Source: Octopus vulgaris
Taxonomy: Eukaryota
NCBI GenBank assembly: GCA_951406725.2
Contig: OX597836.1
Location: 21,204,001 to 21,268,000 of the forward strand
DNA: 64,000 nt
Direction: 5' to 3'
Part shown: piece by piece, positions 39,502 to 53,642 of the stretch
How positions within the stretch are numbered: the stretch's first letter is position 1
How the letters are laid out: each line of letters opens with the position of its first letter
The notes under the pieces: generated by a model
Databases searched by the model: none
What the model was told of the DNA's origin: nothing
Seen by the model: only the letters and a program-made list of their open reading frames with translations
Translations under genes and position numbers: made by a program

Positions 39502-40747
39502 ACGGTTGGCTAAGTGCATTTCGGGTTTAATTAGTGTAGTGTTTCTGGTGACCCACATCGTGGATATGGTTCCAGTATGTCTGGTGAAAATGTGACAGTC
39601 TTTTGTCTAATGGAGGACTAATGGGTTTTGGAATGACCTGTGACCTCGTGCGGCTGAGAAGAGGGTCAGGAGAATGTGAAAGAAAAGGGACAGATTAAGG
39701 GCTGAGAGCAAATAGAGATAGAGTATAAGCAGTAAGGGACGGATGGAGAGGCTAAGAGTCTGGCAGGCGATAGCGATAGAGTAAGAGCAGAGGGCAAATA
39801 GAAAGGATAAGCAGTAAGGGACAGATAGAGAGGCTAAGGGATTGAGGCGATATAGATAGAGTAAGGAATCAGAGAGCAGTTAGAAAGGGTAGGAGCGATA
39901 TAGACAGAGGGAGATGAGGGAGTGGAAGAGGCACAGAGACGAAGTGAGGTCTGGGAGTCGTTGAGCGGTCGTCGAAGAACACAGACGGATCTTGCGGTCA
40001 CTGGCCGGTCCTCGAAGAAGACAGTGGGATTCTGGAAGTCAGAGCGAGTAGATGGAATCTTGGAAGCGTTGGAATTCTTGGGAGCAAGCTGGGATGCGGA
40101 GGCTTGGCGGCACTGATTGGGATATGTACGGAAGGAATTAGCAGTATGCAGAGGAATTGGCAGTATTCAGAGGAATTAGCAGGATTGAGAGGAATGGGAC
40201 ACTGGCAGATTCAATTGAGAATTGAGGTATATGTTTTGTGCATTGATATGTGTCATGGTGTAAAGAACAGTGGTGTTTAAAAACAAGGACTCTGTCGATA
40301 TAGTCGATAAAGGACATTGTGAATTGAAGAGTAAAGGACTTGTTGATGTGACGTTATTTGTGATGTTTAGAAAAAGAGACTTTAGAGAACTGTGTCTTCG
40401 GACGTGTACCTTTGAAATACTGTATATGACTTGTTGCGTCTCCGGACTGATATATTGTTACATGATGTTGTATTATGTATTGAGTTGTCACGTGCATGCT
40501 TTGATGTATCTTGATGTTGTAACATTGTAATTGTCGTATAAACTGTTGTTTGAATATAAGCCAGTGTTGCCAGTTGTTGCCTTGCCTCTTTGGGTTGTAT
40601 CTCGGGTTGTGCCTCTGTATCTCTGTGCTGTTGATGTTGTGGCAGTATCTATCTGTATCTCTCCTCTCTCCGCCTCTTTGGGTTCCGTGGCGGAACTTGT
40701 GTGAGCCGTTCGGGACGGGCGACGATGGGTGATTCCGTTTCGTAACA
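39498..40747. mobile_element. Solo LTR (Gypsy-like), 1250 bp
   Basis: Termini TGTTACG...CGTAACA (TG..CA with a 7-bp inverted repeat). ATAT on both sides within a (TA)n run. Composition differs from the flanks and there is no coding sequence. Confidence 0.7.
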
Positions 40748-41629
40748 ATATATATATATATCATTATCATCGTCATTTAGCATCCGGCGTCCATGCTGGC
40801 ATGGGTTGGACTGTTTGACCTGGGCTAGTAAGCTGGAAAGCTGTACCAAACTCCAGTCTGATTTGGCATGGTTTCTGTGGCTGGATGCCCTTCCTAATGC
40901 CAACCACTGTGAGAGTGTAATGGGTGCTTTTATGTGCCACCAACATGGATGCCATTTGCGTGACACCAGTATCTGTCATGATTGTGATTTTTATAAGCTT
41001 GATGAGTCTTCTCAAACACAACATAATCCCAAAGGTTTTGGTCATTGCCTCTAGAGAGGCCCAACACTCAAAAGAAAATCAGCCACTTTGCCTCTGTGAG
41101 GCCCAACGCTCAAAAGCAACCCACCTCCATGAGGCCAAATACTTGAAAGGAACTTAGCCACTTTGCTTCCATGAAGCCCAATGCTTGATTTGAACTTGGA
41201 ATGTAATGAGTAATACTGTAAAGTATTTTGTTGAACATTCTAATGATTCTGCCAGTTCACAACCTTAACAACAACATATATATATAACAGCAGCAACAAC
41301 AATCTTAACTATAAATACAACAACAACGCTGTGGCAATGGCCTCTGCTCCTCAGAGATGGCCAGATCCATGCCACTTTCACTTGGATTGCTTGACTAGTT
41401 AGAAATAGTAGCCAAATTTCCACCAAATATCATCAAAAACAAAAGGTCACATTGGACAATGTAGTCCAAAATATACGTTTTTTTCTTTTTTTTTTTTTGC
41501 AGGAAACCAGATGGGATTGTCATAGCTGGAATGCTTTCAATGTTTGATTTGTTTGGTCAAGTCTGATGTGGGTCTAAACAAAAGCAAGAAAATCAACTAT
41601 CACTCCAACAACAACAGTAACTACTACTA

Positions 41630-41695
<66 letters not shown>

Positions 41696-42177
41696 TGACA
41701 AAAGCAGCTGAACCACAATAGCAATAACAACATCACAATATCACAACATGTGAGATAAATTCAACCAACTCTACAGTTACCACCAGCAATAACAGCAACT
41801 ACTCCACCAAAATCACCAACGAGTACCATCATTATCACCATTATCACTATTATCACTACCACTCCTACTAACATTATCACCAGAACATCATCAATTCAAT
41901 TACCTCTGCAACTACCAACACCATTTCAACACCAACAGCAACATCTTCAATAGCATTTCACTTGCTTAATTAAACCACCTCCACCACCACCACCACCTCC
42001 ACCACCACCACTACCACCACCACCACCAGACTAAATGTCAGTCAATAAAATCTCTCTGTCTTATAAAGATGGTAATTCCATCTGCTTCAGGACCAAAATC
42101 TTGACACAGTATAACCTATAATATAGTTTAATAAGGATGGAACCGGCTGGCAATTTGGTCTTGGAGCTGCTCAGACT

Positions 42178-42533
42178 GATGGTGGTGGTGGTGGTGATGG
42201 TGGCAGTGGCGGTGGCGGCGGCGGCGGTGGTGGTGGTGGTGGTGATGGTGGTGGTGGCAGTGGTGGTGGCGGCGGTGATGGTAGTGGCGGTGGTGGTGGT
42301 GGCAGTGGTGGTGATGGTGGTGGCAGTGGTGGTGATGGTGGTGATGGTGGCAGTGGCGGTGGTGGCGGCGGCGGTAGTGGTGGTGGCGGCGGCGGCGGTG
42401 GTGGTGGCGGTAGTGGCGGTGGTGGTGGTGGTGGTGATGATGGTGGCAGTGGCGGTGATGGTGATGACGGCAGTGGTGGCGGCAGCAGCAGCAGCAGTGG
42501 TAGTGGTGGTGGGTGGTGGGTGGGTTGGAGGTA

Positions 42534-42569
<36 letters not shown>

Positions 42570-42570
42570 G
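42178..42570. repeat. Degenerate (GGT/GGC)n then (GAT)n trinucleotide repeat
   Basis: Directly visible. Confidence 0.95.
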
Positions 42571-42865
42571 CATTCATAGTTACTGAATTAATGGCGTGCA
42601 TTTTAAATGAAACAGCAGCATATCATTTAGAAAGATAATTCCAGGCTTTAGAGTTTAAATGATGTCTACAGAGGAAGAATCATAAGAAATGGAGATCAAA
42701 AACAAACAACAACAAAGAAAACAGAAACAAAACTGATTTCTTATGGAGCAATGATAACGTTAAAGACATATAAAGTATCTGTTTATTTAGGCTTATTTCT
42801 GTATTCCATGGTAAAGTCACTGTTATTAATCTGAGAGGGTAGGGTGGAGGTAAACAGAAGGTGAA

Positions 42866-43753
<888 letters not shown>

Positions 43754-44104
43754 AAGAAGGAATGTAAGTAAAAAGCGTGAATGCAAAAAGAATGAAGGAT
43801 GAAAGAGTGGAAGGCGGGAAGAAAGAAAATAATGAAAGGAAGGAAAAAAAAGGAAGAAAGTTTCTGTCTATCAAATCCATCCATTCACTAGGTTTTGATC
43901 GATTTCATGCTATAGTAGAAGACACTTGTCCAAGATAGCAAGCAATGGGATTGAACCTGAGACTACATGGTTGGGAAGCAAACTTCTTGACACACACACA
44001 CACATCAAACTTTGATAAGCGCCAAGCATGAAATTCTTGACCCTTGATTTCACTTTGTAATTTATGCAAATTAAAATAATAAAAGGATATTATACATATG
44101 TATA

Positions 44105-44518
44105 GGCGCAGGAGTGGCTGTGTGGTAAGTAGCTTGTTTACCAACCACATGGTTCCGGGTTCAGTCCCACTGCGTGGCACCTTGGGTAAGTGTCTTCTAC
44201 TATAGCCTTGGGCCGACCAAAGCCTTGTGAGTGGATTTGGTAGACGGAAACTGAAAGAAGCCTGTCGTATATATGTATATATATATATATATGTGTGTGT
44301 ATGTGTTTGTGTGTCTGTGTTTGTCCCCCTAGCATTGCTTGACAAACGATGCTGGTGTGTTTATGTCCCCGTTACTTAGCAGTTCGGCAAAAGAGACCGA
44401 TAAAATAAGTACTGGGCTTACAAAAGAATAAGTCCTGGGGTCGATTTGCTCGATTAAAGGCGGTGCTCCAGCATGGCCGCAGTTAAATGACTGAAACAAG
44501 TAAAAGAGTAAAAGAGTA
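44105..44518 (+). mobile_element. tRNA-derived SINE, family A (full length)
   Basis: Head has A-box-like TGGCTGTGTGG and B-box-like GGTTCAGTCCC, an internal TA/TG microsatellite and a (GTAAAAGA)n tail. At least 5 full copies and many fragments occur in the window. Confidence 0.88.
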
Positions 44519-44747
44519 TATGTAGATAAGGCCTATATTATTATATGTTACAAAGGATATTCCTTGATTCTTCCTCTCTGAAGATGAAATAGTTGGCTTA
44601 TATGAAAATCTTTGGTCAATGATCTATGCACCATATGCACAGCTATTCTAGAAATCCCTTATTTAATCTAACTGCTCTGCAATTATGCTTGAATTATTAA
44701 TTACACGCTCTAAAGTGATACCACTTGTTTTGCTTGTTTGTTCTTTA

Positions 44748-44789
<42 letters not shown>

Positions 44790-45551
44790 TGCCAGCCATG
44801 CCTGGCCTCTGTGCCAGTGGCACGTAAAAAGCACCATCCGATCGTGGCCGTTGCCAAACTCGTCTGGCACGTAAAAAGCACCCACTACACTCATGGAGTG
44901 GTTGGCGTTAGGAAAGGCATCCAGCCGTAGAAACATTGGCAGATCAGACTGGAGCCTGGTGCAGCCTTCTGGCTTCCCAGACCCCAGTTGCACCGTCCAT
45001 CCCATGCCAGCATGGAAAGCGGACGCTAAATGATGATGATGATGATGATGATGATGATATATATATATATATATATATAGATGCAGCATGGATTTTTGTC
45101 AGTGAACAGGTCGTGGTCTCAAAGCGCCGAAAATATTTTGACAAATTAAATTTAAATATTGAAGTGAATCTAACGGTTTTTGTGTGTTTCTTAAATGGTT
45201 TATAAACACCTTCCACACTGCAATTGTTTTCGTTCCAGCACACGATCTCAGATCAGATCACTTGCTATGCAAGTACATCTCCATAATATATATATATATA
45301 TATTTGCATGTGTGTATGTGCATACATACTAAGCCTTCTTCTAATCTTCTCGGGCTTCATTCTCTCTCTTTCAAACCTTGAACAACCACTGTGCACTCTC
45401 TTCCTCCATCCATCTCGGTCTTGTGCCTCTCTCTCCCAATCAATAGATTTTCTAGCGGCCAACACGAGATTAATCTCTTCCCTGGTGAGACCAGCTTTGT
45501 CGTGAGCTAGCCAGAGTGCCCTATCCCTCCATTAACCCAATAGTACTTAAT

Positions 45552-45784
45552 AAGGCGGCGAGCTGGCAGAATTGTTAGCACGCCAGGCGAAATGCTTTGT
45601 GGTATTTCATCCGTCGCTGCATTCTGAGTTCAAATTCCGCCGAGGTCGACTTTGCCTTTCATCCTTTCGGGGTCGATAAATTAAGTACCAGTTACGCACT
45701 GGGGTCGATATAATCCACTTAATCCGTTTGGCTGTCCTTGTTTGTCCCCTCTGTGTTTAGCCCCTTGTGGGTAGTAAAAAAATA
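45552..45784 (+). mobile_element. SINE-like family B with TSD
   Basis: TSD AGTACTTAAT at 45542-45551 and 45785-45794; B-box-like GAGTTCAAATTCC. Confidence 0.82.
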
Positions 45785-45892
45785 AGTACTTAATAAGGCA
45801 CTCTGTGACTTCCTCAGTGACACTGTCTTCGTGTGTGCTCTTGCTCAGCTTATTCCATTCCATTCCACACACACACACACACACACACATAT

Positions 45893-46607
45893 AGGCAAAT
45901 TGACGAAAATAAAAATGTAAGCGCCTTGAGAGAAAAGTTGAGCATAAGAAGCATCAAATGTGGTGTGCAAGAGAGAAGACTGAGCTGGTATGATCATGTG
46001 TTACATATGGATGAGGACAGTTGTGTGAGAAAGTGCCACTCCCTAACTGTGGAAGGAACCTATGGAAGAGGTAGACTCAGGAAGACATGGGATGAATTGG
46101 TGAAGCATGACCTTCATACATTGGGCCACATAGAGGCAATAACAGGAGACTGAGACCTTTAGAGATATGCTGTGATGGAGAAGACCTGGCAACTAAAGTG
46201 AGATTGCAGCCATGCATGTCCGGCCCAGTTAAGAGTACCCTGATGCGTCAGGTGATATGATATGCCTGAAAAAACCTGTTCATTCAAGTAAAACCAATAT
46301 CATAGCTGTAGCCAGTGCCCCCCCCCCCCCCACACACACACACACAACTGGCTCCTGTGCTGGTGGCATGTAAAAAGCACCATCCGAACATGGTCAATGC
46401 CAGGTCCACCTGATTGGCTTCTGTGCTGGTGGCATGTAAAAAGAACCCACTACACTCTCGGAGAGGTTGGCGTTAGGAAGGGAATCCAGCTGTAGAAACA
46501 TTGCCAGATCAGATTGGAGCCTAGTGGAGCTGCTGGCTTTCCAGACCTCAGTCAAACCGTCCAACTCATGTCAGCATGGAAAACGGACGTTAAACGATGA
46601 TGATGAG
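45893..46607 (+). mobile_element. RTE-clade LINE 3' end (ORF C-terminus plus 3' UTR)
   Basis: Translation ...VQERRLSWYDHVLHMDEDSCVRKC...GRGRLRKTW matches the RTE C-terminal 'RLRWxGHVxRM...RGRPRKTW'. Ends in (GAT)n. Confidence 0.85.
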
Positions 46608-46750
46608 GATAATGTATTTCTTTAAGTATAATAAGCATTTCTATCCAATCAACCAAACATATCGAGTTTTATCAAAGAGTGTTTTGTGCTCTGCAAAATA
46701 TATTTAAACGTACTTTACATAACTTACATTATCAAATGTGTGTGTGTGTT

Positions 46751-46811
<61 letters not shown>

Positions 46812-46998
46812 GCAAGAGACAGAGAGAGAGAGAGACGAGTGAGAGTGAGAGTTTGTGTGTAAGCATTTAAATATGTATGTACGATTAAATATATATATAT
46901 ACATATGATTTATATAAACGATGATTTTATAAATATATATATATATATATAACAAAATTAGAGAATGGAGAAACATACTTAAATCAATAAAACATCAA

Positions 46999-47065
<67 letters not shown>

Positions 47066-47489
47066 AACATACACACACACACCTATATGCATACAGCACA
47101 TACACCCATGTACATATGTATGGATGTGTGTATGCATATTTCTTTGTTTATTAACATAAAAAGAAAAAAATCAATAGCCTTCATCACTGTGAGTAAAGCC
47201 ACCTAAACTGTCTTAGTATATATTATTATATTTGCACAGTTGTCAAAGACGTCAGAATCTCAGGAATTGCAATGCAAAACTTAATTGGTTCCATATTGAT
47301 CATTCATTTATTGATCAGTCACCATTATATTAAAGATATTCAAAATATCTTTTATGATATCGCTCCTCTTTTCTGTTTCAGTCTTTCATCTTATCTATGT
47401 TATGAACATGATAACACTTAAACTTCAATTACTAACCGTTATACTTCACTTATGCTTATACTGCACTTACAAACACTTACATTTCTCTA

Positions 47490-47868
47490 GCGGAGGTGCA
47501 ATGGCCTAGTGGTTAGGGCAGCGGACTCGCGGTCGTAGGATCGCAGTTTCGATTCCCAGACCGGGCGTTGTGAGTGTTTATTGAGCGAAAACACCTAAAG
47601 CTCCAGGAGGCTCCGGCAGGGGATGGTGGTGATCCCTGCTGTACTCTTTCACCACAACTTTCTCTCACTCTTACTTCCTGTTTCTGTTGTACCTGTATTT
47701 CAAAGGGCCGGCCTTGTCACTCTCTGTGTCATGCTGAATATCCCCGAGAACTACGTTAAGGGTACACGTGTCTGTGGAGTGCTCAGCCACTTACACGTTA
47801 ATTTCACGAGCAGGCTGTTCCGTTGGTCGGATCAACCGGAACCCTCATCATCATAGCCGACGGAGTGC
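47490..47868 (+). mobile_element. tRNA-derived SINE, family C
   Basis: A box TGGCCTAGTGG and B box GTTTCGATTCC in a tRNA-like head, followed by a non-tRNA body. Confidence 0.8.
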
Positions 47869-47869
47869 T

Positions 47870-48370
47870 TCTTACACTTCACTTACTAACACTTACACTT
47901 CCCTTACTAATACTTATACTTCATACACTTGCACTTTGCTTACACTTTGCTCATAATGCTTATGTTTTACTTGCTTACTGTAATGCTTCACTTACTAACT
48001 TGTATTTCATTTAGTAGTACACTTCATTTAATACCACTTACACTTCACTTTTCCTCACTTAAATTAATACACTTAGTTAATACACTTCTTTTATTGACAT
48101 TTATTCTTCAGTTACTCGCACATACATTTCACTTGCTTGCTAACACTTATGCACCACTTACTAACACTTACACTACATTTACTAACACTTACATTCCACT
48201 TGCCAACATTAGTACTTCTCTTGCTTACACTTACTCTTCACTTATTAACATGCTCCACTGGCTAACACTTCATTTGCTAACACTTGTAAAAACTTACACT
48301 TCACTGACTTCATTTTTGCATTAGCTAATAAAGTATGTGTTGATATCACACTTCACTTGCTAACACTTTT
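47870..48370. repeat. Degenerate ACACTT(ACTA/C)-type minisatellite
   Basis: Recurring CACTTACTAACACTTACACTT units, also at about 47415-47485 on the other side of the SINE. Confidence 0.75.
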
Positions 48371-48564
48371 GTATTACTGACTACTAAATTATGCTGAACT
48401 ACTAAATTATGGGGATGTAAACACACCACCACTGGTTATCAAGTAGTGATGGAGGGGACAAACACACACACACATATAAATGAGGGACTTCTTTCAGTTT
48501 CCGTCTACCAAAATCCACTCATGAGGCTTTGGTCAGCCTGAGGCTATAGTAGAAGACACTATCA

Positions 48565-49340
48565 GTGTGTCCGTGAGCTGGTCAATTAAGATTCTGAATA
48601 GGGTGGTATTGTCTACATATGCCAGGACTGGTAATCAGATAATCAAAGAGGTCATGGGCAACCATGCAGCCCTCTCTGACCTTGCTGTTGATGAGGAACC
48701 GGCCAAAGTCCTTCCTGTTCACCCACCTGCAACTCTTGGCACTGCTATAAAGTTATTGGAACAAGGTGGTGATTTTCAGAGATGCACCAGTGAGCTTGAG
48801 AATTTTCCAGAGGGATGCATGGTCAACCATGTTGAATGCTGCCTTGAAGCTGATGAAGGTGGTGTATAGGTGGCAATCTTTGTCGGAACTCCTGAGATCT
48901 TTCGATGAAACAAAGGACAGAAATATTGTTGGTGGTAGATCGATTCAGCATAAGTCCAGGTTGTTGTGGGTGGAGTCTGCTTCTAATGGCAGCAAGGGCA
49001 TGGCTGAGGAGGAAAGCTTGCCTAGGATGGAAAAGATGTTGATGCTCCTGTGATTGCTGCAGACAAGTTTGTCACCCTTCCGTTTCCAAACAGGGAGGAT
49101 GATGCTTTAGGTCCAGTCATTTGGGAGCTGCTCTGACACTCATACATGGTTGAAGATACAAGTGAGCCATCTTGATCATATTTTTTCCACCCACCTTCAA
49201 CATCTCCATGGTGGTAGCATGGATTCAAGGGGCTTTGCAGTAGTTGAGTTTCTTAAGGGCAGCACTGACTTCATCAGGGGTGGCAGAATCAAGTGTCAGT
49301 TGTGGCTATGTCTGTAATGATGGTTAGGTTGGGGTTGAAT
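48565..49340 (-). mobile_element. Decayed LINE reverse-transcriptase fragment
   Basis: Minus-strand translation gives PVWKRKGDKLVCSNHRSI, FISFKAAFNMVDHASLWKIL and KVREGC (RT subdomains), with stops and frameshifts. Confidence 0.8.
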
Positions 49341-49379
49341 AGGACCCCTAAGATCAACCATACATGTAGCTATGTAAGT

Positions 49380-49720
49380 CCCTTTGGTGCCACTGCTCTA
49401 TCTCCTGGAAGATGAGGTTCTGCATCTACATATTGGTCCTCTCCATTCTCCTCTATGGAACAGAAATATGGCCCCTCACAAAGAGGATGGATGGCTTCAA
49501 TTGCAGAGCCCAGAGAACCATTGAGAACATTTCCAACAAAGAACTGCATGGGCACACACATCAGCCTGCAGCCTCCCACCTCATAGCTATCTGCCACATG
49601 CGCTGATGTGGACATATCCTCTGTCTACCACCAGATCTTCCTACTAGGGCCTTACTCTCATTAGAAACAGTTGCTGTGGGCTGGAAGAGGTCCCATAGTA
49701 GGCCCTGCACCAGTAGGTGA
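49380..49720 (+). mobile_element. Decayed RTE-type LINE, post-RT fragment
   Basis: LVLSILLYGTEIWPLT (cf. LLYGxETW) followed by MR*CGHI...GWKR. Confidence 0.75.
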
Positions 49721-51055
49721 CAGCTTTGGTTCCCAAGATAACTTAATTCTTTTGTAACCATTTGAAATACACTGTCTTTGTTTCAATTGATTTTGAAAAT
49801 AATGAAGAATTTTAATTAAATAATTTTGTTATTATTGAGCAGATGTTTGGATCATAAATTATCACGAACTTTTGATGGAAGATTTCGATTTGGATCACTT
49901 GTAGACAGGAACTAGAGAGAAGTCTCAGAACACCTACACTGATAGAATCCAACTATATTCAACCCTTTTGTCAGTAAGTTTCTAGTGAAACACACTGCTT
50001 TTGAAAATAATGAAGAATTTAGAAAAATAACATTATTAAGCTGGTGTTTGGAACATAAATTAACATGAAATCTTAATAAAATATTTTAAAGTTAGATAGT
50101 TTTAGATCAGGAAGCTTGTATCATAGATATGGGAGTGGGGCGGTTTTCTTAGACAGGTTAGTATCAAAAAGGTTACATAGCTAAGAAGTATTCACCCCAA
50201 CCAAAGCAATCAGTACAGGATGGAAAATATTCAGGAAGTTACTACCTCTATTGACAAGAAAGGGATTCTCTATTCACGTGAAGGGCATATTGGATGATGT
50301 TTGCGTACTATGATCCTGAATTAATTGTCTGGGAGGGATTAATTGGGGTTAAAAAAACTTTGATTATAAGCCGTAAAGGCAACAGTTAGAGGAAGTAATA
50401 TGAGAGTTATGTCCCATGAATATCATCACTAAGACTCCATAGGTTATGTCCCCTGTTATTTCTCAACTTCTATCTCTATTATTAATTTCCTTTTCTTTTT
50501 CTAAGTATTTCACGAGTAAATTAAGTAATATAAAAATATTTATGTATCCAAAGACACCAGGAAATAAGTTTTCAGATTCTAAGTGAACAGCGTATAATAG
50601 TATAGTATCTAGGCTATTAGTTGTTATCCTTCTGTGAAGTTTCCACCCATATCTTCACTTGTTGATTATATTTTTCTTGAAAATAAATGAATAAATAAAT
50701 CAGCATTATCGATTTAATGTCCAATTTTCCATGCTTGCATAGTAGGGTGGAGCGAAATATGCAACTTTCGAAATTGGTAATCAAGAATCGATATTTTGTT
50801 GCGAATTAGGGTTAAAAGAAAGGTGTATAAAGAACTTTGCTGTTAAATTTTTTTTTTCAGCTTCGCAATGCAACATCTGGCCAGAGTCTGCTCACTCCCT
50901 GAATTCTTTTCACACATATATTGTGTGTGGAACAAATTATATAGTCGTGTAGTATATAGCTGGTTATGACCAGCCAGAAGATACAGTATTTCAATTGCTG
51001 TGTACAATTGACTACAAACTGGTATTCTCATTCTTGTGACTGATCATTAGTTAGT

Positions 51056-51360
51056 TAGTTTGTTCCTTCTTGAGCCATGCCTGGCTCATAAGGGCCGGTT
51101 TCCCGGTTTCTTGGCATATAGGTTCCCCACCTGGACGGGATGCCGGTCCATCGCAGGTGAGTTGCAAGATGCAGGAGGAAAGAGAGAGAGAAAGTTGTGG
51201 TGAAAGAGTCAGCAGAAGTTTCGCCATTACCTTCAGCCGGAGCCGCGTGGAGCTTAGGTGTTTCACTCATAAACACACACATCGTCCGGTCTGAGATTCA
51301 AGCCCGCGATCCCTCGACCACGAGTCCGCTGATCTAACCACTAGGCCATGTGCCTCCACT
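51056..51360 (-). mobile_element. tRNA-derived SINE sharing its head with family C
   Basis: The minus strand reads TGGCCTAGTGGTTAGATCAGCGGACTCGTGGTCG...AAACACCTAAGCTCCA, then a different 3' part. Confidence 0.75.
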
Positions 51361-51534
51361 GACTTTGATCATTCGTTTAACTTCTCATTATAGACTCTTT
51401 CACTGTCTCCATCATTGCTATTACTTAACACACACACATACATCCACGCCTATACACACATACACTTTGTTCTCGTAACGGCCTGTCTATTATTCTGTAT
51501 ACATGATGCACACACAGACACACATGCTAACATA

Positions 51535-51870
51535 TAATAATGATGAAATTATTGTATACAGTGCTCTGGTGCACAACTTGTCAAAAAGTGCGTATAAAGC
51601 ATATGCAGTAATGTACAAATGTCTGGAAAGTGAAAGTGTATGAGTGAGATACATGCTTGTGTGTGTATGGAGGGGAGGAAATCAGGTGTAGTGTTGGTGA
51701 ATCTCAGGACGCATGGAAGTTTTGAAGGATGCAGTGCTCCGATAACTAACAACTGATGCAGGCAGTTTGTTCCATACTTCAGCAACTCTCAGCGTGAAAA
51801 AATGTTTCCGAAAGTCATGGGAGCTGTGCTGTTTTCTGACTTTGTAAACATGTCCATGGGTGTGGACATC
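51535..51870 (-). mobile_element. CR1-clade LINE 3' end
   Basis: HGHVYKVRKQ...RKHFFTLRVAEVWNKLPASVV...SFK is the CR1 ORF2 C-terminal signature. The tail CTGTATACAATAATTTCAT also occurs near 19010 and 61000. Confidence 0.85.
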
Positions 51871-53169
51871 ATTAACTCTAGATATCATTAAATCTTCTCT
51901 TAAACATTCTACTTGGTTGTTTCTTTCTCTTTTTCTCATTGGCACATATATGTATTATTCATTTTATATTTATTGTATCGACCGTGTGATGTACTAAGGA
52001 GACTTATTTTCGTTATATCACATCACGGTCATTACACACCTATTTACAATTGTTTCCTCCAAATTCACTCTCTCCAATCTTGCCATACAATGCAATAATG
52101 CAAATACTGGCAAAAGTAATTGCCAATTATACAGCTATTGATTTTCCAGGTGTCATCGAAATGACACAAGCAGAATAAGCCTCATAAGAATAAGGTATCT
52201 AGGTTCAATACTCCAATCAAATTATTACTACACACACGTGTGTGTGTGAACATGCACATGTCCACTCTTTCATACAAATATAATAATTGCCACAGCTACC
52301 AAATTGACAGCTGTTGGTGCATCAAGTAAAAATTCTCATGCCATCCCTTCTAGTTCCTCATATTTTTAGTTAAAATCCTGCTGAGATCAAAATTGTCATT
52401 ATTTTTAAAATCTGCCAGTCAAAGTGAAAAGATCCAATTTGGATCTTGTCTTTCCAGAGTTGATAAATACAATATTAGTCTACACTCCAGTACTGGTGTG
52501 AATTCCTTTGCTTTAGGATAAGGAAAAAAATGAAAGGGTAAATATTAACATTGTTTCTCAATTTCTAGGTGAATGAAAGAATGCCTATTCGTTTTTTCCC
52601 TTTTCAGTATTTTCTCCCTTTCTCACTGTACAAACTATTGTTGTTCAATCCTGAATCAGACATATAATTCGTGCTAAGAACTAGATTGTCTAATGTGCCT
52701 ATTTTCTATTTTTCTCAAGACACTAATGTATAATTTAAGAGAGTGAGATTTGGCTGCTATTTCTAGCATATTAAGAAACCGTTTGCAGACGCCTTCATTT
52801 CGCAAACATGGGTATTTAGCGACGTCGCTTTATTTTCTGGGATCGAATCACTTAGACGTTCTCCTCAATTCGTTGGAAGTCGATAAAAAACAATTAACAA
52901 CTACCAGTAAACCAACAATAAATACATTAACAACAAAAGGTTTAACTAACGACGCTATTGTTCACCAATTGTCATACAAGATATCTAAGTAAATAGTTGG
53001 AGGGGAGATAATCGACTACACCACCCAAAATGTGTGGCTCTGTGTTTATATTGGGAGTCAATCCCATCGAGGTGTTTTGGTGGTGGTGGTGGTGGTGGGA
53101 CGATAAGGCAAAATACCAGACAAATACTGGATCGATATAATCGATAACAGACCTTGTTAAAATGCATTA

Positions 53170-53580
53170 CAGTACCAGATCAAATATCTGGCAAGTCTGG
53201 GACCGGAAGTGGCCTGGATTTCTGGTTGTTCCGGTATTCTGGATACAGTCTTGATATATACTTAAAATATAAGCATAAACTATGAAGTGCTAAATTGTAT
53301 TTAACCGATTCAAATCAATACACTTCTATGGCAGGATTTGTTTGATGCATATTAATCCACTTAAAATATATTATAATGTATGCAATATAACGTTGAAAAT
53401 TAAACGAAGAAAAGTAAAGAACATATCCGATTTTATTTAACAGACACAAGAGTATATTAATCCACTTAAAAAAGTGACCAATTGCAAAAGCAGAGTCTGG
53501 TAACCCAATACACGGACGGTATTACACGGTGTTGGACAGTTTACCGGATTTCTGGAAGCCGGATAAGAAGTCCGGCACTG
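53170..53580. mobile_element. Tc1/mariner-type MITE directly upstream of MYSM1
   Basis: TA|CAGTACCAGA ... TCCGGCACTG|TA, degenerate TIRs with CCGGA/CTGGA sub-repeats and an AT-rich core. Confidence 0.65.
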
Positions 53581-53642
53581 TATTTGTTCTGCGATCCATA
53601 GTGAAGCTCTCTTCGTTCGGGAGGTAGAAACAGTGTTACAAA

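Noticed and set aside
47490-47570. Possible tRNA gene
   Set aside because: A and B boxes are present, but there is no clean acceptor stem or T-run terminator and it continues into a SINE body.
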